A stretch of DNA of 64,000 bases, taken from contig CAVZQN010000004.1 in the NCBI GenBank assembly GCA_963777505.1, positions 1,760,001 to 1,824,000 of the forward strand, read 5' to 3'. Both the position numbers and the translations under genes were made by a program. This DNA is from an uncultured bacterium. GTDB lineage: Bacteria; Acidobacteriota; HRBIN11; JAKEFK01. Shown here in pieces: positions 32,258-43,411 of the stretch. Below the pieces are notes generated by a model. The model was given only the letters and a program-made list of their open reading frames with translations, had not been told where the DNA came from and made no database searches. How positions within the stretch are numbered: position 1 is the stretch's first letter; every line of letters begins with the position of its first letter.

Positions 32258-33920
32258 AATGAACAACTTCCTCATTTTCAGACTTTTCGATGGTTGATTT
32301 CTTAATTGAGTACAGAGCCTTGAAAAGACTATCCAGATTTCCGGAGAAGAATAATGGTTCTTCGCCGCTGTAGGAGCCATGATCCAGGCGCCGCATCAAT
32401 CGTGAATATTTCCATCTGCCTTTTTCCCAATCAATTTCAACGAACGAAGATTGCGGTGTTGATAACTGCGCAGGAAGAATAGCGGCGCTTTTGTTCAGGT
32501 CCGTTTCATTGTTCGAAATAATGACCCATGGTTTTTGAAATTTAACGTAAATCGGATTAAGGGAATGAAGTGTGTGGGTGCCATTATTATTGCGACTCCA
32601 TACGGCTCCGTTTTCTCCGGCTGATGTCAGAAGGAGAAAGTAGGATTGGAGTTGATCAAGCAAATCCTGCTGCTGAAGTGAATCAAAATTTTCCAACAGA
32701 AGAATTTGAGTTTCCTGGAAGTGTAAAAAGAGCCCATCCTTATCCCAAATCGGAGTTCTAAGTGTGATTGATGCTGTTGGCTTGGAAGAAGTCAGAAGGG
32801 AAGTAAGAACCTTCGGTTGCTCGGCTTGCAAAATCTGAACATCCGCAGGCTGCAATACAGGCGCATCAATGTGCACCAAATAAGGGCTCTTGAGTTCGGC
32901 CTGGCTCGCGCGCTCAAAAGATGCTGAAAATGCAGGCGGATAGGAAATTTCCTTTTGATCTTCCGGAAAACGGTTCAGCATTTTCAAAATTGATTCTGAA
33001 ACGCTGTCTGGATCAGGCAACGGTTGGATGGAGAGGTAGTCGGCTGTTAGATTTCGAAAAGGCTTAGCCCAGTCACTCGCCTGTAAATTTCCTGGAGTTC
33101 CATTTTCTGAAAGAGCAAAATATCGATGCTCAATCAGTCCATTTCGTTCGGCCAGGAAATCAATCCACGCAGAACGGATCTTAGAAAACTCTTTTGCATT
33201 TTGATGAATCCAATATTTCTTAAAATACCTGTTGCTGTTCAATGTTTCCTGATCCAGATAAATTGAAAATAATGAAGGTGCTGTTTTTTCCGGATGGCAT
33301 GCCTTCCATTTTTCAGTTCCGGCAAGTGTCGGCGCTCCATTTTGCTTTGTGGCATTCGTCAGGAATTCTTCAAGCAGTGCTGATTCGGTGCTGATTACCA
33401 GGAAAGGTTTTGAATATGCGAATGATAATTTCCCTTCATCAGGGTCGATGTAATATGTCTGTCCGCCGAAATTTCTTTCCTTGAATTTTGCTCGTGCAAT
33501 CCAGAGTTCGGTTAACGAGGCATCTGCCTGAGAGATTTCTGTTGCAGCCAGTACCTTCAATTCTCCGATGTCGTAAACAGCAAGCGCAGAACGTTTTCCT
33601 GAAAGTTTAATAAGATTGTCCAGTGAAAACTGAACTTTCTCTCCAGCAAAATCGTTGATACGTTCTTGCAGCCGCAGATATAAACGTGAATTTTGAAAAA
33701 TTTTGTAGTTGTCTGTCTTTTGCCAATCCGACTTCATTGAAGAATTCTTCCACCAGATAAAGAATTCTTTCAGGTTTGGTGATTCCCAATAAACGATCGC
33801 GTTTGCTGGAAAAAACTCTGCAGGCGAAGGAGTGCCTGGATCCATCAGTTGAGCCGCAACGATTCCAGAAATTACAAGCAATCCTAAGATAACCGCAGCG
33901 CGCAGCTTCTTGTTTTTCAT
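32244..33920 (-). CDS. Hypothetical exported or membrane-anchored protein (~558 aa)
   Basis: Basic-hydrophobic N-terminus MKNKKLRAAVILGLL; overlaps both neighbours. Confidence 0.75.
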   Translation of the reverse strand: MKNKKLRAAVILGLLVISGIVAAQLMDPGTPSPAEFFPANAIVYWESPNLKEFFIWWKNSSMKSDWQKTDNYKIFQNSRLYLRLQERINDFAGEKVQFSLDNLIKLSGKRSALAVYDIGELKVLAATEISQADASLTELWIARAKFKERNFGGQTYYIDPDEGKLSFAYSKPFLVISTESALLEEFLTNATKQNGAPTLAGTEKWKACHPEKTAPSLFSIYLDQETLNSNRYFKKYWIHQNAKEFSKIRSAWIDFLAERNGLIEHRYFALSENGTPGNLQASDWAKPFRNLTADYLSIQPLPDPDSVSESILKMLNRFPEDQKEISYPPAFSASFERASQAELKSPYLVHIDAPVLQPADVQILQAEQPKVLTSLLTSSKPTASITLRTPIWDKDGLFLHFQETQILLLENFDSLQQQDLLDQLQSYFLLLTSAGENGAVWSRNNNGTHTLHSLNPIYVKFQKPWVIISNNETDLNKSAAILPAQLSTPQSSFVEIDWEKGRWKYSRLMRRLDHGSYSGEEPLFFSGNLDSLFKALYSIKKSTIEKSENEEVVHYEVR

Positions 33921-36900
33921 GATTCTCTCCCCAGATTTGGGCCGACCTTCCATCGTCCGGTTTCTTCGAGAGCTGCTTCGGCTGCAGTTTTTTCAACCTG
34001 TGTAATCTTTTCTTGAATCCTTTGTTTTTTATTCATATCAGTTTCAATATTCATCGCAAGATGCAGGAAAAAAATCTGCCTTGTATAATTGCGAATTTTT
34101 TCTGCGCAGTCGGAAGCTTCTAACGCAAGCTGCAGGCTTTCCTGGTCTGAAAGATTTAGGTTTTTGATAGGATAATTTTGGGTGCGATCGTAACGATCAT
34201 ATTCGCCATAGTATTCGTCTCCATATCCCCCTGAATCTTCTTCGGTTTCCACATAATTTTCTTCGGACACATTTTCCGGATCCAGCGCGATTAGAGCATT
34301 CTCACAAAGTCCAGCATTTTTGTAAGCACGGAAAAGAGGCACTTTCAGCATTGTGCTCGCAGGATTTACATAGAGCTCGCTCAGCAGTAATTTTAGATTC
34401 TGATTCTGATTCTGCTCGAGTAATACTTCGCGCAAAGCTGTGTAATGTATATTTGTGTACGACGTTACCTTTTGATTCCGAACAACTTTTTCAATCTCTT
34501 GCATTTCAGGAGATCCCGCAAGAAGCTTGCTCGCTTTTCCGTAAACTTTTGCTGCCCGAATTTTATCCTCAAGCGTTGCTATATTCAGTTCAAGAATGCG
34601 TTTCGCTTCTAATGCCGCTTCTTTGTTTTTCTTTAATTCAACGTAATCTTCAGACAGCGCAGCTTGATTCGTTGAATCCCACGGTTTGCGCTTGAGGAGT
34701 TCTTCTCTGAACTGAATTGCATCCTCCAGGCGGTCATGCTTTTCCAAAACATTCGCTGCGAGATTAAAGCGCTCAGGATCTTCACTTAGTCCATAAATCA
34801 TCCGCTTTAATAAATGCAGTGCATCGTCGACTTTGTTTTGATCCAGGCGAATTTCTGCAAGGCCGATATAAAGCGATGAATCTGTTGAGCCGGAAGTTAA
34901 TTGTTGCTCATACAGTTCTTCCAGGATCAAATTCGCTTCCGTTTTCTTTTGTTCTTCCTGTAATAGTTCTGCTGCCTGTCGATATTTTTCTTCGTTCAAG
35001 CTGACGTTTTCATCGTCCTGTTGTTTGCTATAGCTACCTCGTGCAAACTTCTGCAGCAACTCAACTGCCTCTGAAGTTTTGTTCAATCGAAGGAGAGTCT
35101 TTGCATGAAGTAGTATGAATTCGTCAAAATATTGATTTTCGCTTTCAGTCGTCTTTAATTCTTCAAGCACTTCTGACGTGATGCTTTCGGCAAGATTCAC
35201 TTCGGTCATTTCCAAATATTCTTTTGCAGCTTTCAGATTCCATGAAGCCCATTGATTGCGTGCAAGTTCAATTTCCTGCCCTGAAGAAGAACGCATCCAC
35301 GTCTTCAAGTACGCTGCGGTCTGTTTCAAAATTGCAATACGATCTGCCGGTTCCAGCTTTCGAATGCGAAGTATTGCTGCAGAAAACTCTTTCGGTGCTG
35401 GAGCTGATGAAATCCATTTCGAGATCACTGCCTGTCGTTTTTCGTTTGGAAGTTCAGGTAGATATTCGGTGATTAATGCAATTTGAAGCGCACCATTCTT
35501 TTGAATGTCACCAGACAGAAAAGATTCAATATCGCCATGGACGCTATCCAGAAAAGTATGCTTCGATGCGGCTCGCAAAATAAGCAGGTAACGTTCGCTT
35601 GATGGAGGTGTGATCAAACTCTTCCAGATTGCAATTGCTTCTTCTTTTTTGCCAAGTGCAACGAGAGCTTCTGCGCGATGATCGGCATAGTAAATATTCC
35701 CAGGTTCAAGTTCAGTAGCAAGATTGAAGTGGTGCAGCGCTGATTCAGGCATATCTGTCAGATAGTACGTTCCAAGTTCGTCCTGATATTCGCCACGAAC
35801 CGGAGCGCCTTCAATATCGGAAAGAAGATAATAAGTCGCCTCACTCCTGTTTCCCGTGTTCCACAAATATTCACCATAACGTGTGCCATAGAAAAACCAA
35901 TCATCACCGGAAACTGCTAGTGCTGAATCAGCTCGGGTTTCGAGTTGATCCGCTATTGAACGAAGATCCAGTCCATTTGAAAATAATTCACGAACAAAGG
36001 GTTCGTTAATGTTGAGTTCTTTTGCCAGCATTGCAGACTGAATCGTTTTCCACACAGGTTCTTTGGTTTTTGCGAGAGACTCGATTGCAATGAGTGCACA
36101 TTCTTGATCTTTCTTTTTCACAAAGAAGTTTGCGACTGTGAAGTTCGCTTTGGTCGCTGCGCTTCTTAATTCATTTCGCAGGTTTCGTTCATAAAGCAAA
36201 GTCAGATAGCGCTCAATCGCTTCGGGTGTGGGATTCTGATGATTCACAACAGCAATGTTGAAGTATTCCCTTAATACGACAAGTTCTTTGTCAGTCATTT
36301 GAGCAAGTCTGTATGCATAAGCGGCTTCAACAAGATCATAGTCATGGTAATAGTTTGATTTTCTTCTTTTCCATTCTGTTTCAAGGAATTTCCCGCAGGC
36401 AGCGTAAGCATGACGATCGAGGTAGAATCGCTGTAGTTGTTGCCGATCAGAACGATAGTTCCCCAGTGTTCTGTCATATGAATTCGCTAGTAACCCTTGC
36501 AATAATTGTTCTTCTGCGCGAGCCATTCCTGCGGCATGTGCTAAAGGTAAGAGTCTTTCTCTTTTTAGCTGGGTCTTATAAGTCGCAGCATGAGTTAACA
36601 AGGCAGTTTCCAGTTTTTCGATTTCGGTACCCGTTAAATATTTTCTTACGCTGAGAGGGAAGGTTCGGATCAGAGTATCCTGAATCATGTATTGATTGGA
36701 ACGGAGCGCTTCATCCGCAAATGTTGCCTTGACTCGCGCTTTATCCAATCGATTCAGAGTTTGCACCATTATCTCAAGTGCAGCCGGCGCAGAATTCGTT
36801 TGAATCATCGCTTCCATATATGCTGCAAAACCTTCAGATGGTATCGATTGAGTTAGATCTGCCCGAAATTCCTTCATGCCTGCGTTGCCGTATGCAACTG

Positions 36901-39900
36901 CGCTGGCTGGCATTCCCCAACTCAACGCTTTCGCTGACATCATGAACTGGCGCTGTAGTAGAGAACGTGGCTCAATATATCTTTCGTACAACTCAAGAGC
37001 TTTCTTCTGGTTTCCTAAACGCGCTTCTAATTCCGCCATTGAGCCAAGCCAGTTCGTATCTTTGTACGTTAATGCATACAGTTGCTCATACGTTTGAATG
37101 GCTTCTTTATATTGCCCGGCTCTTCTGTGTGCATCCGCCAGGCTCTCATTTAAATCAACGCGTTCCGGACGAATCGCAATTGCAGCACGAAAACTTGTAA
37201 TGGCATCGGCAGGATTTCCTGAATCCAGATAAATTCTGCCAAGCATCATTGGCCAGCGATGATCTTTCGGTGAGGCCGCCGCAGTCTTCTGGTAATACTC
37301 GATCAGGCGCGGTGTCAGTGCATAGCGCGCCGCAAATTCTGCGCTTTCCCGGACAAGACTTTCATTTTCAGCATCACGATTGAGAAGTTCAATATATTGA
37401 TCGAGCGCTGCAGTGTAATCTTTTAATATGAGATTTGCTTGAATGATGCCTCTTCGCATCGAAGCGATCTGTTGCTTTTTCTGATCTTCAGAAAGCTTTG
37501 AATCACGAACAAGCTGAAGGCCTGCGCGATAATGTTCGACCATTGATTTGTAATTGCCTTGTTCCGCGTAAATCTCAGAAACGAATTGAAACAAATCTGC
37601 ATTCAGTGGATCATCCTTACGCAACTCTGCGACAGATGTGAGTGCACGGTCGTACAGTTTTCTTTCGCGATAACGTCCGGCGACTTCACGCAAAAAGCGT
37701 TTTCTGAATTGAGAATTTGCGATTGAAAGAGCCGAGTCGTAAATTGCAAAGGCTTTATCGTAGTGTCCATTTCGCCAGTAGAACAAAATCAGGTCCTGGA
37801 TCAATCCATGGCTTGAGGGTTGCTTCTTATAAAGAGCAACGAGAATCGATTCTGCTGCTTGTTTTTCTCCACGCGAATCATAGAACCTGGCAAGTTCAAG
37901 ATTCAATGTAATCCGTTCAAGATCGGATGAAGCATATTGAATTTGCTTTTGAATGATCATCACGTTCGCGGAATTAAATCCGAATCTGCGAGCCGTGTTT
38001 GCTAGTGAACTGGAAATTTCTGCAAATGATTTAGGCTGTAACGTTTCTATGGCGCGTGTGAGATATTGCATCACAGTATGTTTTTCCTGCTGTGTGGAAT
38101 AAAACTCAATCACGCCGGCCCACCATGTTGAATCCTGCGGGTTTTGTTTGAGTTGTGTGTCGAGATGCGTGCGGATCAATGCGGCGAGACGCGGCCGCTT
38201 ATAAAGTTCAGTCAGCCTGTTTCTCGCTTCTTCTGATTGCGCGATCAGGCTTTTACTATATTCAGCAACAGCCGCTTCGTAGTTCCTTTTCGATTCGTAA
38301 ATCGCGCCTGCTTCGTAAGCATAGAGTGACTCCGAGGCCTGAATTGAACGCGCTCTCTGAATTAAGTTCAGAGCATCATCAAACAGGTAGTAATCCCAGA
38401 GAATTGTGGCGACTTCCAGATATCGTTCGGGATTTTGCGGATCCGAACGGATAATGTTCTCCCAGTTTTCTTTTGCTTCTGTGTATTCTTCGATTTCTGC
38501 AAGTGTTTCGCCCGCGGTAGTCCATAGCGCAATGTCAGAAGGCGAAATTCGCGCGAGATGTTCCCGAATGCTAGCTGATTCAGCGTAGAAAGATGGATTC
38601 TGCCACGCGAGTGATCGTTTCAAATCAGCAACACGTACATTCAACCATCGGTCTGAAGAATATTTCGCAGCGAGATCTTCATATAGTGGGACGGCTTCCG
38701 AATAGTGTGAATTCCAGACAAGAATGTCGGCTGCAAACAGTTTTTCAGGATTGGTGGTTGGGTTTGCAATATCTCTGGAGGTTCCGTTAGCACGATAATT
38801 GAAGAAGTTATATTGCTGCCGGATCGATTCATCCAGAAAATAATATTTCCGACAAAGTTCGTGCCAGACCGGGGGCCTTTCTGACCCGTTCGTTACATAG
38901 GCTTCCAGTAAATTGTTTACAAATGTAAGGTTGTACGGAAAGCGGCTTAAGGCGTACTCGTTGATTGCAATCTGAAGCGATCGATAGGGTTGCGGATAAT
39001 GAACACTGTTGATGTATTCGGCCACTTCAGTCCCGGCAAATAGATCCACAATTTCACGGGAGATTTTTTCAAATTCACCTTGCTGTTCGCGCCTGATATA
39101 CCATCGTGCAAGTTTTTCGTACCAACTTCGGGTCTTGAATTGTTTGATCGCTTCTTTGTAAACACCCGATTCTTCGTCAAACAAATTATTTTGAGCAAGA
39201 TAAGCGGCGAAATCGATATACAGCATTTCTTCAGAAGGATGTTGCTGAAGCTGATCGCGATAGAGTCTTAGAACTCCCATGAAATTCTTTTCACGAGTTA
39301 AGCTTGCAATGTAACGCTTTAGCAAGGATTCATATTCGAGTGACTGTACAGGCTGCGGCGTAGATTCGTTCTCGTATTCTTCTTCCTCTTCTTCTTCATA
39401 ACTCTCCGAAGGTTGCTGCGGCGGTGCGAAGAGTTGCTGAGCGTTCCTTTTCGAAGCTACGCCCAACAAATAATCATACGTGCGCCATTCATTGCTGTTG
39501 TCTTTCTTTCGCGCGTATGCCTCAACAACTTCAGTTCCAACATGAATGAGCTGTCCTGAATTTGGAAAGTTGCGGAAAAAATCTTCGCCAGTCTTAATGA
39601 TCAAATCATCCATGCCGTACTTCTTATAGATTTTCAAAACATCGTAATACATGGCAGGCAGATGTTTTGAAGATGGATATTCTCGCTGCGTAAGTCTTAC
39701 GATTGCGCCGGCTTGAGCGCGATTAAAATATCCGATCGCTTTTGTTTCCTGCAAAGAAAACTCGGATTGTGGATCCGTGCCATTTAAAATTAAAGAAAGA
39801 ATTCCATTGAACACACCAGGTGAAGCGTCGGCCTTTGCGATATCTTTGTAAAAATCCAAATTTCCAGAGCCAATCTGAATGGGACGTTCTTCCGCTGTTA

Positions 39901-41051
39901 TCAAAATTTGAAATAAGCCATACAAAGCATCATCACTTGCAAGCGTGGTATATCGCTTTGCCTTCACGTTTTGATGCAGCGCTCCGTACAGGGCAAAGTA
40001 AAAACGCGCAGACTCATTGAGATTTAGAGCTCTTTGATGCAGCTGCGCCATCACCCACAGCTCATCGGCATTCCATTGTGATTTATTTTCTCGAACGCTT
40101 TTTTCTTTCAGCAGCCGAAAATCATTTAAAACGGCAGCGGATTCAGCGGTATTTCCTGCAAAGTAATATGAATGGAATAAACGGGTGGCAGCATCAAAAT
40201 CTAAAGGATCCTTTTTGAGTTTTTGGCTGAGTGAAGCAAGATATTCACCTTTTTTTTCCGCCCGGATCGCAGCCGCATCAAGCGCTCTTGCCAGTTCAGT
40301 ATCCCAGAGGGGTTCGTAACTCTTGTTCAACAACTCAAATGCGATTGCGGGTTCAACAAGCCGTACTTTATTCAATAGATACGTTGTTTTTTGCTCAGGA
40401 AATTTCTGCTGGTAGAGTTCTACCAATTCAAGTGCATTTGCATTTGAATCGTTAGCAGATGCGCCAATCGATCCAATCCTGTAGTGCTTTTAAAGACTGC
40501 GGATATTTTTCCGTAATGATCTTGTAAATGGCTTGTGGATCTTCGGGGAGTTTGTAATTTGCACGATGAGCTAGCGCACGATGGTAGTGAGTATAGGGTC
40601 CACGGTTGTTTTCAGGATCCATGGGATCGGCAGGTTGTACGTTTGCATGGTTCAGTATTTCTTTGTACTCGTCATGGAATCGCAGCCGTTTATGATAGAA
40701 GTTTTCCAGAGCGTAATAAGCAGAATCTTTATCCGTTGATTTTTCCACGAACTGTTTTATATGGATTTCAGCCTGCGCGAAATCAAGCAGTTCAACTTCA
40801 ATATCTGAAAGCGCTTTAAGCAAAGAAATATTTTCGGGCTGAGTTTGAATCAATGACGTAAGTTTTTCCCGCACTTCCTGGGGAGTATTGGGAACAATTG
40901 CTTGCTCACCTTGAAACGATTCCTTGTGATAAAAGGCCTGTGCGATTGGATCGCTTTCGCGCAAGTCGGATGGCACAATCGCGAAAACAATGGACACAAG
41001 CAATGTAAGCGGTATTACAGAAATAGATTTCAGTAAACGAATGGCGTTCAT
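33917..41051 (-). CDS. Giant exported TPR protein (~2380 aa; frameshift near 40460)
   Basis: 208 aa ORF with signal peptide joins the 2169 aa ORF via SANDSNANALELVEL; many TPR-like helices; acidic tracts; TGATG coupling. Confidence 0.85.
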
Positions 41052-43411
41052 CAATACACTTCCACTTTTCGCGACCATCGGCTGATGTTGTGTGCGAAAT
41101 CTTCACCAATCACTTGAAGTTCATAGACGCCGGCAGGCAAATCGTCGGGCACAATGATGTATCCAACGGAAGCTTTCTCACGGTTGTCCCATTGAATTTT
41201 TACAGGACGTGTTCCTTCTAATTTTGCATAAATATGGCGCGTATCTTGATCAGAATGGACCAGAAGTTTTACAGTGCCTCCGCGCTGAATTGTTCCCTGC
41301 CAGCGAGCTGTAATGACTGGAGGTCTGCTATCTACAATGAATGATTTCTTTTCGTCATATTGATTGCCCATGCGATCGCGCAAAATTAAACGGCAAAAGT
41401 ATGTGCCATCTGAAACTTCTTTAGGAACAAGAAAGCGTGTTTGCCAGATTTCTTCTGAAGGCAGATAGACAAGATTTTTCACAAGGCCAAACGGGAAAAT
41501 GGCTCTTACTGAAACGATATCGGGATCTGTTTTCACCCGAAGTAATGGATCGCCAGGCCGGATCGCGCGCGGCCGCAGCAAAGATCGAGGGGCAGCAAGA
41601 AATGAAGTGTACGGCGTTACAAATTTATACTTTTTTGCAAGCCTGATGATTTCATCGATGCTTGCTGCATCTTCACCTTCCAATTCAATTTTGCGTAGGA
41701 GCGCATCCACACGCATTCTGGCCCATCCGCGTGGAATAAAGGTGTGCTCTGTTGCAGATTCTGGAAAATCGACTGTGCGTTCCAGTTTAAGGTCTTTGCC
41801 TGCAAGTGTGCCGGTGGCAGAAATTCTAACGGCCGAAGCAGGAGATCGATATCTGCCGAACCAATCTTTTGATGAGCCATCGTAAACGCGGCCTGGTTCT
41901 GAAGGGTACACGTTATAAAGCAGATCGGGGGTGGAGGAACTCAGCAATAAATTATGCGCAGGCTCTTGTCCAATTTTTGAGAAGAATGCGTGAAGCTTGA
42001 AAGTTAAATCCTCCGTTTCGCGGACCCAATCAAAAGTGCCGTTGCTCCGTTCAGCAATTTCGGAAAGTAAAGTACGGTTCGTATCGGATCCGATTCCAAA
42101 GCAAAAGGCCCTCAGCGATGCGTTTTGATTTCCTGATGTGAAGTGTTCCAAAAGCTTTTTCGTTTGTATTTGAGTGAGGGTCGGATTTCCATCAGTCAGC
42201 AAAATCAGAAAGCGGTTCTTATGTTTGAGTTTGTTTGCGCTTTCAAATGCAGTATCCAATGCTTTCCGGAAGTCCGTGCCGCCCATCAAGTATTGTGACC
42301 GCACAAATTGCAGGGCTTGCGCTATGTTTTCACGCGTGGCAGGAAGGGGAGCTTCACTTGATGTTTTTGTTTCCTGGTGAAACAAAATCAATTGGAATTC
42401 ATCTTGTTCACGCAAGTTTTGTAAGAAATATTCCAGTGCTGCAAATGATTGTTCCAATTTCTCCCAGCGCATTGAAGAAGATGCGTCCAGCAGGATTAAT
42501 AAAGAACGCGGATTTTTTTCATCGACAACTCCGCCTTCGTTCAGCACCGCGGAAGTCCAAAAATAACCATCCTCTACTTTGCCGGTCGAAGGTTTTTCAA
42601 AAGCTGTGATTGTTTGACCTTCGGTTCGTAATGCAGAATCGGCTCCGCGAAATGCAAGAAAAGATAATTCGCTTTTTTTCGTATCCAGTCTGTATTGGAA
42701 GGCAAAATCTTCATTCAATGTAAGTTCACGCGCTTCAAACGTTCCTTTCCATGCGCCGCTTCCTTCAGGATTCATTTTCAATGGATAAAAACTGGAAATT
42801 AATTTAAGGTCGGCGATCGGGATGGTGCTCAGCAGTTCAAGATCCAGTGAGAAGTAGCCTGTTTTTTGTTCCCGGAATAGATCAGGTTTCAACGGCAGTG
42901 AGAAATACGATTGTGTTCCTTGTAAATCGATGCGCTGAGTGTATTCAATTTCAAGACGCTTGGTTCCATAGGCAGGGATTGGAACAATTCGCGCTGAAAA
43001 TGCACTTGCCATGCGTGCGCCTTCTTCACCTTCATCCTGTTGAAGTAAACCTGGATCGATGACCTGCATTTTCAACGATTCGTAAATTTCTGACGCTCTT
43101 TTCCGTTCCAGAATTACGCCCGGGATCCGAACCACACCGTCCCATACAGCAAAATCGGAGATGGCTGCATCACCCGGAATCGCGAAAACATATTTGCCTT
43201 CCTGCACCCGATTCGTATGATTGCCAAAAATCTGAGTGATACGGACACGCGCATGCTGATGATCTGCGCGAATATGGACCATGACTTCATCGAGCGTAAG
43301 AATCGATGGATCGGGTTCCTCGCGATCTCCCGGAATTACGACTCCGACGTCAGCAAAGACAACCGCTGAGACGAGGCTAGCGAAGATCAGGAATAGTACT
43401 AATTTTGTCAT
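41051..43411 (-). CDS. Exported VIT + vWA domain protein
   Basis: Signal peptide; VIT (QIFGN...EGKY...GLLQQ), MIDAS DASSS, LLTDG, FGIG, VTPYTSFL, beta-rich C-terminus. Confidence 0.9.
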   Translation of the reverse strand: MTKLVLFLIFASLVSAVVFADVGVVIPGDREEPDPSILTLDEVMVHIRADHQHARVRITQIFGNHTNRVQEGKYVFAIPGDAAISDFAVWDGVVRIPGVILERKRASEIYESLKMQVIDPGLLQQDEGEEGARMASAFSARIVPIPAYGTKRLEIEYTQRIDLQGTQSYFSLPLKPDLFREQKTGYFSLDLELLSTIPIADLKLISSFYPLKMNPEGSGAWKGTFEARELTLNEDFAFQYRLDTKKSELSFLAFRGADSALRTEGQTITAFEKPSTGKVEDGYFWTSAVLNEGGVVDEKNPRSLLILLDASSSMRWEKLEQSFAALEYFLQNLREQDEFQLILFHQETKTSSEAPLPATRENIAQALQFVRSQYLMGGTDFRKALDTAFESANKLKHKNRFLILLTDGNPTLTQIQTKKLLEHFTSGNQNASLRAFCFGIGSDTNRTLLSEIAERSNGTFDWVRETEDLTFKLHAFFSKIGQEPAHNLLLSSSTPDLLYNVYPSEPGRVYDGSSKDWFGRYRSPASAVRISATGTLAGKDLKLERTVDFPESATEHTFIPRGWARMRVDALLRKIELEGEDAASIDEIIRLAKKYKFVTPYTSFLAAPRSLLRPRAIRPGDPLLRVKTDPDIVSVRAIFPFGLVKNLVYLPSEEIWQTRFLVPKEVSDGTYFCRLILRDRMGNQYDEKKSFIVDSRPPVITARWQGTIQRGGTVKLLVHSDQDTRHIYAKLEGTRPVKIQWDNREKASVGYIIVPDDLPAGVYELQVIGEDFAHNISRWSRKVEVY

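Noticed and set aside
33917-41051. Giant protein as an alpha-2-macroglobulin
   Set aside because: The sequence is helical and TPR-like, with no CxEQ thioester motif or MG beta domains.
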